Part shown: piece by piece, positions 1 to 10,554 of the stretch
Layout: every line of letters starts with the position of its first letter
How positions within the stretch are numbered: the first letter of the stretch is position 1
Origin: Candidatus Hydrogenedentota bacterium
Lineage (GTDB): Bacteria; Hydrogenedentota; Hydrogenedentia; Hydrogenedentales; SLHB01
Direction of reading: 5' to 3'
Length of the DNA: 64,000 nt
Assembly: GCA_963668025.2 (NCBI GenBank)
Contig: CAXXTH010000010.1
Coordinates: forward strand, 576,001-640,000
The notes under the pieces: generated by a model
What the model was told of the DNA's origin: nothing
The model's input: the letters and a program-made list of their open reading frames with translations, nothing else
The model's database searches: none
Made by a program: the position numbers and the translations under genes

Positions 1-416
1 CCCATGCGCTGACGATGTAGGGGATGGCCTCCCCCTGATTCAAGGCGCGCCGCAGGGCTTTGCCGTCAATGGCGGCGACCTCATCGCTCAGATTGGGGCA
101 AATGCCCTACAACCCATTGGCCGAAGCACTCCAGGAAGGCATGGGGGTCGAGGGCGGAAAAGACCCGGTTGAAGGTGTCGTGCGAGGGGATGCCGCCGGG
201 CAATTCCAGGAAGCCCTTCAGCCAATCCTCCCGGAGCCAGCCGAAGCGCTCCATATCCGAAAAGCTCTCCCCGCCCACGAGGGCTGAGCATAGCCCAATC
301 ATCAAGATGTCAATGAAGTTGTGCCTGCGGGTCCGGTCCATGCGGGGATCAGGCAGGCCCGCGAAACACTCGATAATAGGCTTGGGCTTGGGCAGGGATT
401 TCTTTTCAGCGGTCAT
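1..416 (-). pseudogene. ISAs1-family transposase, frameshifted near 105-113, truncated by window edge
   Basis: N-terminus LPDPR..RRHNFIDIL..GIPSHDTFNRVF is typical of ISAs1. The ORF stops at 81, but a +1 frame continues GICPNLSDEVAAIDGKALRR..PYIVSAW (IDGK motif). Confidence 0.85.
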
Positions 417-450
417 GGGGTGCTCCTTTCATTCATGCGCCGAAGCACTG

Positions 451-480
451 TTGACTCTAGTATATAGAATTCTATATATT
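451..480 (+). promoter_or_regulatory. sigma70-like promoter overlapped by a perfect 18-bp palindrome
   Basis: TTGACT 451-456, TATATT 475-480 (18-bp spacer), palindrome TATATAGAATTCTATATA 461-478. ATG at 488 has no Shine-Dalgarno. Confidence 0.6.
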
Positions 481-487
481 AAAATCC

Positions 488-787
488 ATGAAGCACACCA
501 AAAAGATGCAAGCATTGCTGGAGCGCATGGCGCAGATTGAGCGGATGGAGCGCGGAAAGCTCTGTCAAATGGGCGGGCGTCCCCACTTTAACCACCAGAG
601 CTGGGAGAACGAGAAGAACGTGGTTCGCTATGTGCCGGCGCGCGAAACCGAGTTCCTAAAAGAGGCCATCAATGGCTACCAGGCTTTCATGAAGCTGGCT
701 GAACGCTACGTGGACGAAGTCGTCAAGCAAACCCGCCGTGAGCGCGCAAAGACCTTCCCCCAAGCGAAAAATCCCAGGCCACGTTGA
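488..787 (+). CDS. IS-associated small basic protein (DUF6788-like)
   Basis: 99 aa, MERGKL..HQSWENEKNVVRYVP..EAINGYQAF resembles small accessory proteins found beside transposases. It lies inside the ISAs1 end. Confidence 0.65.
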   Translation: MKHTKKMQALLERMAQIERMERGKLCQMGGRPHFNHQSWENEKNVVRYVPARETEFLKEAINGYQAFMKLAERYVDEVVKQTRRERAKTFPQAKNPRPR

Positions 788-859
788 CAGAAAAAATCAT
801 GCACAACAGGATAAATCGACTCTTGAGCACTATTAGATGCGTAAGCCCTGCACCTGGTG

Positions 860-2682
860 GAGGCATTTGCGAAATAGCGTGGTTTGCGAACGCGCGGACG
901 GTGCGGGCACACGCGGAGCGGTTTTCGCCTGTGGCAATGGGATTACGCCTCCGCTACGGGTGCAATAAATCATGCAGGAGGTTCGCGTGTAGGACCCTTG
1001 CGGCCCGAATGGGCATGGTTTGCCCTTGATTCGGGCCATCATTGCTTGTGCGGATTCGATGTGATCTATGCGGCGCGGGGCTGTCCGAGGAGCGAGCGCA
1101 TGCGTTCTGCCTGGCCGGCTTCGAGCCATCCCAGGGCCATGCCGAGCATGACGAGGAGGGCTAATCCGGTGCGGGCGCGCATCTTTTTCATACCGCGGAT
1201 GTAGTGGCGCTCGAATCCGTATGCGCCGTCGAGTCGGCTGTTGACTCGCTCGATGGCGGTGCGGTGTTTGTATTCGCGGCGCCAGGATTTGGCGCTGCGG
1301 GGCAGGGGGGTAAAGATGCGCCGGTCGATAGCGATGGGCACGCGGACAATCCGTCCGTGTTCGGGCTGGCATCCTTGGTTGCAGAGGTCTTGCTGGGTAC
1401 AGGCGCTCCCGCGTGCCTTGGCTGGGCAACGGTATTTCAAGGTTCCCCGATCTTGCTCGAATCCTTGGTAGGCCATGGAATCATAGTTGTCGCGTTCGTT
1501 TTGGGGCGCCGTTACGACACCGGCAGAGGACTTCACCTCGTTCGGTATGGAAGATCGTGTCTACCCGTTCGGGATATAAAGGGCGGGGCCGTTCCGGTTC
1601 TTCTTTCCAGGTCGCCCGGATGTCCACGATGGGCCGGATTTCATGTTCCTCGAAGAGGCCCTTGTTGTTGGCTTCGGAATCATAGCCCTTGTCGGCGCTG
1701 AGGTACTCGGCGCGTTGGACGAGTTCGGGGTGGCGCGCGTCGAGAGCCGCCACGAGGGGCAGCAGAAAGGGCGAGTCGTTGGCGCTGGCTTTCGTGACCG
1801 CGTAGCCCAGCGGCAATTCATATTTCGTGTCCACGATGAGGTGCAGCTTGTAGCCGAACCACCGTTTGACCTTCTCCCAGGGCGTGCCGTCCTTGTGAAC
1901 GCCCTTGTAGGTTTTCGTGCCCCAGTCTGCGTCGCGGTCGCGCCGCCCGTCCGGCTCTTCGTTTTCCAGGACCGCGTCTTTGCGCGGAGGCTTGGCGTGG
2001 GTTTGGATGGCTTTCGAGTCTACGGCCAGACGCACCCCGAGATCCGGCAAGCGTTCCATCAGCCGGACGATGAGCGCGTCGAACATCCGGTCCACTTCTT
2101 TCCAGTGGCGCAGTAATCTGGCGAAGAACCGCGTGTACACCCATTCGGGCGGGACCGCCTTGGCGCCCCGCAACACGTCGAATCCGCACAACTGGCGCAA
2201 TTGCCCGTTTCGGGCTAGTTCGCGGCGCAGGCTTTCGACGCCGTCGTGCTGGAAGACGATCCCCGCCAGTATGCTGTTCCACATCGCGCGGATAGGATAA
2301 TCGTCGCGCCGCCCCTTGCGTTCGGCTTCCATCGCCCGCATCAAATCTTCATCCGGCAGCGCCGCCAGCAACAGGTTCAGCCGATCCAGATCCGACGCCG
2401 CGTCGACCTGGTTCCACGAGAACAACCCCATTTGGTGTATAATGGCCATCGCAAACGTCTCCTTGGTGTGTGCGTGGTTATGTGGTCAACTATACTACAA
2501 TCACACACGGGAGACGTTACGCCTTTTCCCGCTCGCCGAGGGCATTTGGGGTGATTTTTCACAAAAAATCCTTATTCATGCCCCCGCCAAGCCCCTTTCC
2601 CCGCATTCTCCGGGGTAGGCGCCAATTCCGCCGCTTTGTAAACCCTTGTCAATACGGATTTTCTTTATTTCGCAAATGCCTC
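860..2682 (-). mobile_element. IS1182/IS5-like insertion sequence, 1823 bp
   Basis: Perfect 17-bp terminal IRs GAGGCATTTGCGAAATA (860-876) and TATTTCGCAAATGCCTC (2666-2682). GTG direct repeat at 857-859 and 2683-2685. Confidence 0.9.
1066..2449 (-). pseudogene. DDE transposase (DUF772 N-terminus, IS1182-like) split by a +1 frameshift at about 1499-1506
   Basis: ORF 1481-2449 has AVDSK, GYKLHL and ADKGYDS. ORF 1066-1536 has YKHRTAIERVNSRL. The frames join at GCCCCAAAAC if one base is removed. Confidence 0.85.
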
Positions 2683-5259
2683 GTGGGGCCGCTGGCGCGT
2701 AGTGAAGATGGAGGCAAAACGTGGTCCGCCCCGCTTGCGGTGCCGGACAATTGGCAATCGACGGCCAATACCCCGGCCATTCACCGGCTCGTGGATCCGA
2801 AGGGAGTGGCCAGGCTGGTCATATTCGCCGATGGGCTTGATTGGCGGCGCAATGGAGAGCCCCCGTATCCCATGCATCAAGCCGTATCGGAGGATGACGG
2901 AAAGACATGGACTCCAATGGCGCCTAATGGAGTTCAGGGCGAAGTGCCGCCCAAAACGATTCTAGCTTTTGACAACGGCAATCGAATCGTGATGTGGTCG
3001 GATTTGCCTGGTTATGTGGTCCAAAGCGAATCGTTCGATGGCGGCCTGGCATGGAGTCCCGAACGAAAGATCCTAGGAATCCCGGACCGCTGGGGACAGC
3101 CCGCCGTGATACGCTCGCCCGATGGAAAACAGCTCTTAATGCTGCTAAGGGAAAACGGCCGCCAATATCAGTCGCTCTTTTCAATTAGTAATGACAATGC
3201 GGCGACATGGAGCGAGCCGCTCGAACTCCCTGCAGAGCTTACGGGGGATCGCCATGTCGTACGATATGCGCCCGATGGGCGGCTAGTGGTGGCGATGCGG
3301 GATATGTCGAAAACCAGCAAGACATATGGCCATTATGTCGCCTGGGTAGGCCGGTATGAAGACATCGTGGAACAGCGTGCAGGGCAATACCGCATCAAGC
3401 TGCTCCACAATTGCGGGCGAAGCGATGCCGACCTGCCTGGCGAAGGAAATACGGATTGCGGCTATTCCGACCTGGAAGTATTGCCTGACGGAACGATTGT
3501 CGCCACGACATATATCAAATACCAGCCCGGCCCTGAAAAAAATTCGGTGGTGAATACGCGGTTCAAACTGGATGAAATCGACAAAAAACTAGATGCGATG
3601 CAGGATCCCTCCATCGAGATCCTATATAACGGCGTCCAACTGCCCGCCAAGACCGCCGGACGGACGGATATGATGGCATATGGCGATGCTCCTCTTCCCG
3701 TTCCTTATTTGGATGATCCTCCCAAGGTGATCCCGGTAAACATCGGCCGGCAGCTTTTTGTCGATGATTTTTTAATTGATAACACGACCCTAACCTGGAC
3801 ATGGCACAAGGCGGAGAAAGACAGCCGTAATCCGATCTTACAGCCTTCCACACCGCAGGAATTGGGCACACGGACCATACATCCCTGGGGCGGCCATTCT
3901 TCGCCGATGGCGGCGCCATTCAGCGATGGAGTGTGGTATGACGGCGCCGACAAGACATTTAAAATGTGGTATTGCGCAGGGTGGCTCGACGGTATGGCAT
4001 ATGCCTCTAGCAGCGACGGCCTCACGTGGACGCGCCCGGAACTTGATGTGGAACCCGGAACGAATCTGGTGATCCCCCGGGTGAATGTACGGGATTCAGG
4101 CGCGGTAGTGCTGGATCCGGATGCCGCTCGGAATGAAGAACGCTTCAAGATGTTCTTATACCATCTACCCAAGGAAAAAGAGCTGTTAGTCTCGAAACAA
4201 GGTGGAGAGCTATATGTCTCGAAAGACGGCTTGCATTGGAGCAAACCAGTAGAAACAGGAGAAACCGGCGACCGGACCACGATTTTTTATAATCCATTCC
4301 GGAAAAAATGGATATACAGCCTTCGCGCATATTGGCCGGCGCGAAGCCGCAATTATAGTGAATCATCAGACTTTTTGGGCGGAGCAGCATTTCTGGACGC
4401 TGTTCCATGGCTGCGTACAGACAATCTAGATATACCCGAAAAACACTGGTTTTATGCCTTCCCAGACCGGCGTCCTGGACAGGGCGGCGACAAGCCCCAG
4501 TTGTATAATTTCGATGCGGTGGCGTATGAGTCGCTTATGCTGGGGGCGTTTACGATCTTGCTCGGGCCGGATAATGCCTCATGTGAGGCCGAGGGCGTAC
4601 CAAAGCTGACGGAAATCCACCTTGGTTTCAGCCGGGACGGATATCATTGGTCACGCCCTTCGGAACGCACGCCGTTTATCCCTGCATCACGGACAGAAGG
4701 CACATGGGATCGCGCGTATTTGCATTCCAACGCGGCGCTGTGCCTGGTCATGAAAGATGAGTTGTGGTTTTACTACACGGGATTCAAGGGGGATCCCGAA
4801 CGCAAAGGGCTAGACGCACAATCCAATGGATTATATGCCACCGGCTCCACCGGCATTGCACGGCTGCGCCGCGATGGATTCGCTTCGATGGATGCCGGAC
4901 AAGAAGAGGGGGTATTGACGACCCGGCCTATCGTGTTTGCGGAAGGCTCCCATTTATTTGTCAACGCAAACACGGCGAAAGGCGAACTGTATGCGGAAGT
5001 GCTGGCGGAAGATGGCAAGGTGATAAAGGGCTTCAGCAGTGATCAATGCAAGCCGCTCTCCGCTGATAGCACCTGCATGATGATACGTTGGAAAGGATGG
5101 AAAAAACTTTCGGCGCTGCAGGGCCGCCCCATACGGCTGCGTTTCCATCTGAAAAATGGCGAGTTATATGCGTTCTGGATCGCATCAAGGAATGGGGCCA
5201 GCCACGGATATCTAGCGGGTGGCGGCCCGGGTTATGATTCACTCCGAGACGAAGGATAA
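2683..5259 (+). pseudogene. IS-interrupted BNR/Asp-box sialidase-like plus GH32/43-like beta-propeller glycosidase (3' part)
   Basis: Asp-boxes SEDGGKTW, SEDDGKTW, SFDGGLAW, SNDNAATW. The second module begins at IGRQLFVDDFLID and has RLRRDGFAS near its end. The first 71 codons of ORF 2470-5259 are IS sequence. Confidence 0.8.
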
Positions 5260-5285
5260 TTGCTGAAGCATATATACACGGCAGC

Positions 5286-5888
5286 CTAAGACAAAAAGCT
5301 GCGTATGCCCGTGAATATCATTTGGGCGGCCAGGGATGCCAATACCAGCCCTGTGACTTTGCTGAGGATGTTGATGTTCTTCTTGCCCAGCATGCGCTCG
5401 ACATAAGAAGCAAGCAGAAGCAATATGCCGACACTGGCGATGGCGAGCAGGAGCGCCAGGCATCCATAAAGCTTTTGCGTGGGGCTCGATATTTCAGCGC
5501 CCAATACGAGCAAGGTGCCAATGGTGGCGGGGCCGACAATAATGGGCATAGCCAGAGGCACCACCGCGATATCATCTTCCGGATCTGGCGTGGCGGACAC
5601 GGGCTTCGCCTGCACCAGCCCGACGGCGGATATAAACAGGAGCGCTCCCGCGCCGATACGAAATGCATCCAGCGTGATCCCGAACAAGGAAAACACCGTG
5701 TTGCCAAAGAAAAAGAGGATAAAGCAGAGCACACTCACGGCCCCGGTTATTTTAAGTGCGAGTCCGCGGCGCTGTGTATCCGGATAGCCCTGAGTCATGG
5801 CTAAAAACATCGTCAACGCAAAGAACGGCGTGAAGAGAAAGAAAAACTTCAGCCACACGCTGACGAAAAATGGAAACATTTCACCCAT
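5286..5888 (-). CDS. marC: MarC-family integral membrane protein
   Basis: About six hydrophobic segments with FGITLDAFRIGAG and IAVVPLAMPIIVGPATI motifs. Confidence 0.9.
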   Translation of the reverse strand: MGEMFPFFVSVWLKFFFLFTPFFALTMFLAMTQGYPDTQRRGLALKITGAVSVLCFILFFFGNTVFSLFGITLDAFRIGAGALLFISAVGLVQAKPVSATPDPEDDIAVVPLAMPIIVGPATIGTLLVLGAEISSPTQKLYGCLALLLAIASVGILLLLASYVERMLGKKNINILSKVTGLVLASLAAQMIFTGIRSFLS

Positions 5889-5949
5889 CCGCTCGTGCTC
5901 CCTCGAAGCGCTCTATTGGCTAAGGCCAGGACGCTGTAAGCGCCGCATG

Positions 5950-6981
5950 TTATATGGCCTCGCAATACTCGCGGAGCAGGCGCACATACAGTTTGTAATC
6001 CTCCATGGAAACAGCCGGCGGCGTTTGGTGATCACAGGCAGGGATAAAGCCTCCCTGGCGCATGACCGGCAGCAGGCGCTCAAATTCGGCGCGAATGGCC
6101 GCTTCGCCATGGTTCATCACCATTTTATCAAATGCGCCTATGAAGCGCACCCGGGGATGACGTTCACGCATCGCGGCGACATCGCACCCGGCCTGCCGTT
6201 CGAGGGGCAGGAAACCTTCAAGGCCCACATTAATAAACCACGGGAGGATTTCGATGATATCCCCGTCGGAATCCACGAAGGGCAGCGTGCCCCGCTCATG
6301 TACGGTTGGGAGCATGCGGCGGTAATAGGGGGCGATGTATTCCACGAAGAGGTCTTCGGAAATCATGGGGCCGCGATTGAAGGACATATCTTCAGCAAAG
6401 GTCATGAAATCTGGCGTCACAATGGAAGAAAACGCATCGAACGTCCGCAAATTGAACGCTAAAAGATCCTCATTAATGGCATGCATCAATTCGGGGTCTT
6501 CATAGAACGCATACAAGTGGCGTTCGATGCCCAGCAAAGTGCGAGGAAACCAAAAAAAGCCTTCCAAAGTCATCCACACGACGATTTCGCCGGTTGCTTG
6601 GCGCGCGGCAATCTCTTCTAGATGGGCGCGATCGAGTATTTCGGATGGCTCAGGAAAAAGGTGGGGTTTTAGCGCTTCATATTCATCCCGATTCGAGATG
6701 AGCCCCAGGCCGTGGGCGGCGGGAACGGGGCAAGTGGGGCGGCGCGGCCCAATCCAGTACTGCCTAAAATCATCCAGGCCGAAATACGTGCGAATTTCCC
6801 AATCATTCACGAGCTCGGTGGGCAAGCCTTCGCCCCGCCACCGTCCGAGCGTGAGATCCCACCAAGACGCCCATTCCAACATGGGCAGCCGGTCTACGGG
6901 TTGAAACCGCATAAGGGCATGAAAGCGTTCGCGATGCGTCATAACGTGATAACTCCCGGAAAGCTTGTGCTTGTTTTCCAC
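5950..6981 (-). CDS. Uroporphyrinogen decarboxylase / MtaA-CmuA superfamily protein (start probably ATG 6942)
   Basis: MTHRERFHA..PVDRLP N-terminus, FAEDM..GPMIS, VDSDG, GGFIPACDH. Confidence 0.85.
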   Translation of the reverse strand: MENKHKLSGSYHVMTHRERFHALMRFQPVDRLPMLEWASWWDLTLGRWRGEGLPTELVNDWEIRTYFGLDDFRQYWIGPRRPTCPVPAAHGLGLISNRDEYEALKPHLFPEPSEILDRAHLEEIAARQATGEIVVWMTLEGFFWFPRTLLGIERHLYAFYEDPELMHAINEDLLAFNLRTFDAFSSIVTPDFMTFAEDMSFNRGPMISEDLFVEYIAPYYRRMLPTVHERGTLPFVDSDGDIIEILPWFINVGLEGFLPLERQAGCDVAAMRERHPRVRFIGAFDKMVMNHGEAAIRAEFERLLPVMRQGGFIPACDHQTPPAVSMEDYKLYVRLLREYCEAI

Positions 6982-6993
6982 CGCCCGATGAAC

Positions 6994-7023
6994 CGAGAGG
7001 CGGGTTGCAAAACCCGCCTCTCG
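6994..7023. repeat. Intra-operon perfect hairpin (REP-like or mRNA-stabilising)
   Basis: CGAGAGGCGGGTT-GCAA-AACCCGCCTCTCG, 13-bp perfect stem. Confidence 0.7.
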
Positions 7024-7058
7024 CTTATAAACACGCTGTTTTTCCGCCTGGCCGACGC

Positions 7059-7724
7059 CTACGCCGCGGAAGTAAGGTAATCAAGAGCCCCTTGCGGATC
7101 GGGCGAATAGGCATCCGCGCCAATTTTATCCGCGAACTCTTGCGTCAGCGGCGCGCCGCCCACGACGACCTTCGTGCCGGGGGCCGCTTCTTTGATCATG
7201 GACACGGTTTTTTCCATGTTCACCATGGTCGTGGTCAGCAAAGCGCTCAATCCGACGCATGCGCCTGGATTCTCTTTCACCGCCGCGACGAATTTCTCCG
7301 CGGACACATCGACGCCGAGATCGACGACCTTGTATCCGCCGCCTTCCATCACCATCGCCACGAGATTCTTGCCGATGTCGTGCAGATCGCCCTGGACGGT
7401 GCCGATAATGAAGATGCCTTTATGGACGGCCGCGCCCGAATCGAAGAAGGGGCGCAGGTGCGCCATGGCGGCTTGCATGGACTTGGCGGCCATGAGCACA
7501 TCCGGCACGAACACTTTGTTCTCGCTGAATTTCTTGCCGATGCGGCCCATGCCCACGATGAGAGCCTGTTCGAGAATATCCGAAGGCGCTACATTTTCCT
7601 CGATGGCCTTTTTCACCAGCTCATCAGCGCCATCTTGGCCTTTGAGGTCGGGAGGATACGGAGACGCCGCATTCACCTTGCCCCGTTCGATGCACATTGC
7701 GATTTTTTCAAGCAGTTCTGACAT
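7059..7724 (-). CDS. Corrinoid (cobalamin-binding) protein of methyltransferase systems
   Basis: B12 cap domain (FVPDVLMAAKSM), DxHxxG motif GTVQGDLHDIGKNLV, GLSALLTTT, VGGAP. Confidence 0.95.
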   Translation of the reverse strand: MSELLEKIAMCIERGKVNAASPYPPDLKGQDGADELVKKAIEENVAPSDILEQALIVGMGRIGKKFSENKVFVPDVLMAAKSMQAAMAHLRPFFDSGAAVHKGIFIIGTVQGDLHDIGKNLVAMVMEGGGYKVVDLGVDVSAEKFVAAVKENPGACVGLSALLTTTMVNMEKTVSMIKEAAPGTKVVVGGAPLTQEFADKIGADAYSPDPQGALDYLTSAA

Positions 7725-7757
7725 GGTCCTACCCCTTGTTGTTGCCGGTACTGTTGC

Positions 7758-8831
7758 CTAATATTGCCCTAATTCTAATCCACGATCAACAAAATACTTA
7801 TAACTCTCATATTCAACTTGGTCTGGAATCGAATGGTCGGAGTGCAGCACATATCCAAAATTCTTCTTTACAGCGGGGATTTTAGAAATCAATTCATGTT
7901 CTATTTCCTTATGGTTATTAGTGTACAGTTTGCGCACATCCATGCCGCCCATGAACGAAAGACGCTCTCCAAAATCATGATGAAGTTTAAGCAAATCCAT
8001 TCCTGCCTTCACCTCGATGACTTGCAGGCAATCTATCCCCGCCTCGATCAGCCCAGGCACCAGCGGCTCGACATACCCGCAGGAATGGAGCACCACGGGC
8101 AGATTCCGGCTCTTGGCGTATTGAATGGTCTTCTTGTGGCCCGGCTGGACAATTTCTTTGTACATCTCGGGGGACATAAACGGGCGGCCCTTGAAGCCCA
8201 TGTCCTCATAATACCAAATGCCGTCAGGCTCCCCTTCCTCCGCGAAGAGTATCTCCTGCAAATCGATGATCAACTGCGCATACGTATTAACCATGTCCTT
8301 CACCCAATCGGGATCCAGCGCCATGCCCATCAGCATATATTCATGCCCGCAGACCGGATGCATGGACTCGAAGACATTGACTCCGCATAAACAGAAGAAA
8401 CGGCCTTTTTCGCGCGCATGGGCGCGCGCGTTTCGATATGCCTGAAAATCGATTCGGCTGCGCTCTGGGGTAAGGTATGGTTTAATGTGTTCTTCCCACC
8501 CTGCGCGTTCCCGGACGAGAAAATCCACGTGCTCAGGGGTGGCGTCGTGATGCTTATGCCGCCGGAGCAACGCCCCATTGCCATCACGTACGAGAATGGT
8601 GTCCTCTGTCTCCTCCACGACTTGCGGCTCGAAATCAAGTTTCGCGACGGCGTTGAAAGCTGCACAATTCTCCATATCATGCCCGAAATGATCCGCCAGC
8701 GATTCACCTTCACGAATATGGCCTTCTTCTTGCCACTTTTTTTGTGTATCGCCCCAAAAATGCTCCATGAGGCCGATGCGGTCCACCGGCTTGCGCTTTA
8801 AGATATTATGAATGCGTTCGATGCTGTTCAT
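7758..8831 (-). CDS. URO-D/MtaA-family protein with HxC metal motif
   Basis: MNSIERI..PVDRIG, YYEDMGFKGRPFMSP, LHSCG, HSDHSIP. Confidence 0.88.
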   Translation of the reverse strand: MNSIERIHNILKRKPVDRIGLMEHFWGDTQKKWQEEGHIREGESLADHFGHDMENCAAFNAVAKLDFEPQVVEETEDTILVRDGNGALLRRHKHHDATPEHVDFLVRERAGWEEHIKPYLTPERSRIDFQAYRNARAHAREKGRFFCLCGVNVFESMHPVCGHEYMLMGMALDPDWVKDMVNTYAQLIIDLQEILFAEEGEPDGIWYYEDMGFKGRPFMSPEMYKEIVQPGHKKTIQYAKSRNLPVVLHSCGYVEPLVPGLIEAGIDCLQVIEVKAGMDLLKLHHDFGERLSFMGGMDVRKLYTNNHKEIEHELISKIPAVKKNFGYVLHSDHSIPDQVEYESYKYFVDRGLELGQY

Positions 8832-8852
8832 GGCATGAATACTCCGTTTTTT

Positions 8853-10031
8853 CTAGTATCGTGGCTCGCCACCCGTACGGAACAAAGCGCGTTTGCGGTC
8901 TAAATAATAGCGGTAATTGTCGTATGTCACGTCGGCCGGGACACGATGGTCTACGCCAGGAAGGAAGCCGCCTTGCTCGACGAACGGCTTGATGCGGAGC
9001 AGCTCCGCGTCGATGGCATCGCGCCCTTTCAGCAAGGCCATTTTATCCACACCGCCCCACAGGCGAATCCGGCGGCCATACCGCTCGCGCAGCAGCGCCG
9101 GATCGGAGCCGCCATGCACCTCGACCGGAAACATGGTATTGACGCCATTGGAAACGAGCGTATCCACGATGGGCATGATGTTCCCGTCCGAGTCCGTGGT
9201 ATAAACGCAACAGCCGTGCTGCACGAGCAAATCCGCGATGCGGCGGTACCATGGCCCCGCCACCGCGCCGTACATCTCCGGAGTGACCACGGGGCCTTGG
9301 TTGAAACAAATATCCTCCCAGCCCATGCAGAAGTCCACCTGCATGAGTGGAAGCGTATATTCGAGCACACGGCAGATGCAGTGGCCGAAGGTATCGACGA
9401 TATCTTGGAAGAGTTCCGGGTCGGTATACGGCAAGACCGCTATGTTCTCGAAACCAACCAGATTCCGGGCGGTGCCCACGAGGCTGCCGCCAGGAATGCC
9501 CACCGGGCCCGGCCAGTTTTGGAGCTGTTTCACTGCCGCTTTCGCGGACTCCACCCGGTCGGGATCTTCGGGATTTAAACCTGCTTTATACGGCTCCCAC
9601 GTCGCGCGGTCTTTTACGGGATACTCGAGATAGTGCGGGATGGATTGATGGCCATGCTTATTGATGCACGACACCACGCCCAAGGTGTCTCGCGTGGTGA
9701 TGTAATCATCCGTCTCTTCGAGAACGGCCTGCTCCATAATGCCTTTGAGCCAGACGCCCGCCGGAAGCATGGCCCAATTCTCGATGCCAAAAAATGTATA
9801 GGCGGTCTCTTCATCGACGACCCACGAGGGCATGCCCTGTGCGCGCCATTCGGCCAAGGTTTCCGCCCAATAGCCGAATTCAAAATTCGGCAGCGCATCC
9901 ACCTCCTGGAAGAACATGGCGCAGCGGAACCGCTCTTTAAGCCCCACTGCTCCCGCCGTTGAAGCCTCTTTTATATGAACACTGGAAAGCCGCGCCTCCA
10001 GCGCTTCCACGGAAAATTCCTCGGCATCCAT
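8853..10031 (-). CDS. URO-D/MtaA-family protein
   Basis: GWEDICFNQGPVV, TDSDGN, GGVDK, GGFLPGVDHRVP. Confidence 0.85.
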   Translation of the reverse strand: MDAEEFSVEALEARLSSVHIKEASTAGAVGLKERFRCAMFFQEVDALPNFEFGYWAETLAEWRAQGMPSWVVDEETAYTFFGIENWAMLPAGVWLKGIMEQAVLEETDDYITTRDTLGVVSCINKHGHQSIPHYLEYPVKDRATWEPYKAGLNPEDPDRVESAKAAVKQLQNWPGPVGIPGGSLVGTARNLVGFENIAVLPYTDPELFQDIVDTFGHCICRVLEYTLPLMQVDFCMGWEDICFNQGPVVTPEMYGAVAGPWYRRIADLLVQHGCCVYTTDSDGNIMPIVDTLVSNGVNTMFPVEVHGGSDPALLRERYGRRIRLWGGVDKMALLKGRDAIDAELLRIKPFVEQGGFLPGVDHRVPADVTYDNYRYYLDRKRALFRTGGEPRY

Positions 10032-10235
10032 CTTACCAGCTCCTGCCCGCAGGCCCTGCTTGTGCGCATCAGTTGCTATGGAACCGCCCCTGTCCGCACT
10101 GCTTGGGGCGGTATCCTACCTGCTAAATCCATCTATTTCAAGAAAAAGTCCCATTTAGAATAATTGCATAAAATGCCATAAAAGCAAGCAATAGATGCTT
10201 GCAAAGCAGTGTGCGGGTGGGTACCTCGCAAAGAC

Positions 10236-10270
10236 CAGCACAGCACATCACAGCACAACATAACATAGCC
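10236..10270. repeat. Degenerate pentanucleotide tandem repeat, 7 units
   Basis: CAGCA CAGCA CATCA CAGCA CAACA TAACA TAGCC. Confidence 0.6.
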
Positions 10271-10554
10271 GCCGCTTGAAGGGCAAGACTGGCCCCCGCC
10301 AGGGCAATTACATCAAAAATCCCCTTGTTTTCACCCTTTATCACGGGAAGATCCCCATCTTGTTGCCCACACATAACCGGAATTCCGTTATTTGGCGGAA
10401 GGAGGGCCTCAGAAGGCATAATTGACATATAGATAATAGTTATACCATATTGTCACAAATAAAAAAGTGCTCGAAAGCGAGTTTTGCATACTAATGAATC
10501 CGCATATAGTATAAGGCTTTGTTTTTGTCCACCCGAATACCTGGAGGCAAGCCC

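Larger units (their letters stand above)
1..850 (-). mobile_element. ISAs1-family insertion sequence, one end at 850, runs off the window start
   Basis: Terminal GATGCGTAAGCCCTG at 836-850 (CAGGGCTTACGCATC on minus) resembles ISAs1-type CAGGGC ends. It encloses an ISAs1 transposase and a divergent small ORF. Confidence 0.8.

Noticed and set aside
1497-1510. Programmed -1 frameshift in the IS1182-like transposase (C CCA AAA looks slippery)
   Set aside because: The downstream conserved frame is +1, not -1. An extra base in the CCCC/AAAA run (mutation or sequencing error) explains it better.
2470-2682. N-terminus of the 929-aa ORF as a genuine protein start
   Set aside because: It lies inside the IS terminal region. 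Real coding sequence resumes at 2683.
10300-10315. CAGGGCAATTACATC resembling an ISAs1 end
   Set aside because: No partner inverted end or transposase remnant nearby, so it may be chance.
10032-10520. Cobalamin riboswitch upstream of the corrinoid operon
   Set aside because: No B12-box or GCCACTG/GGGAAG core found by eye on the minus strand. An Rfam scan would settle it.
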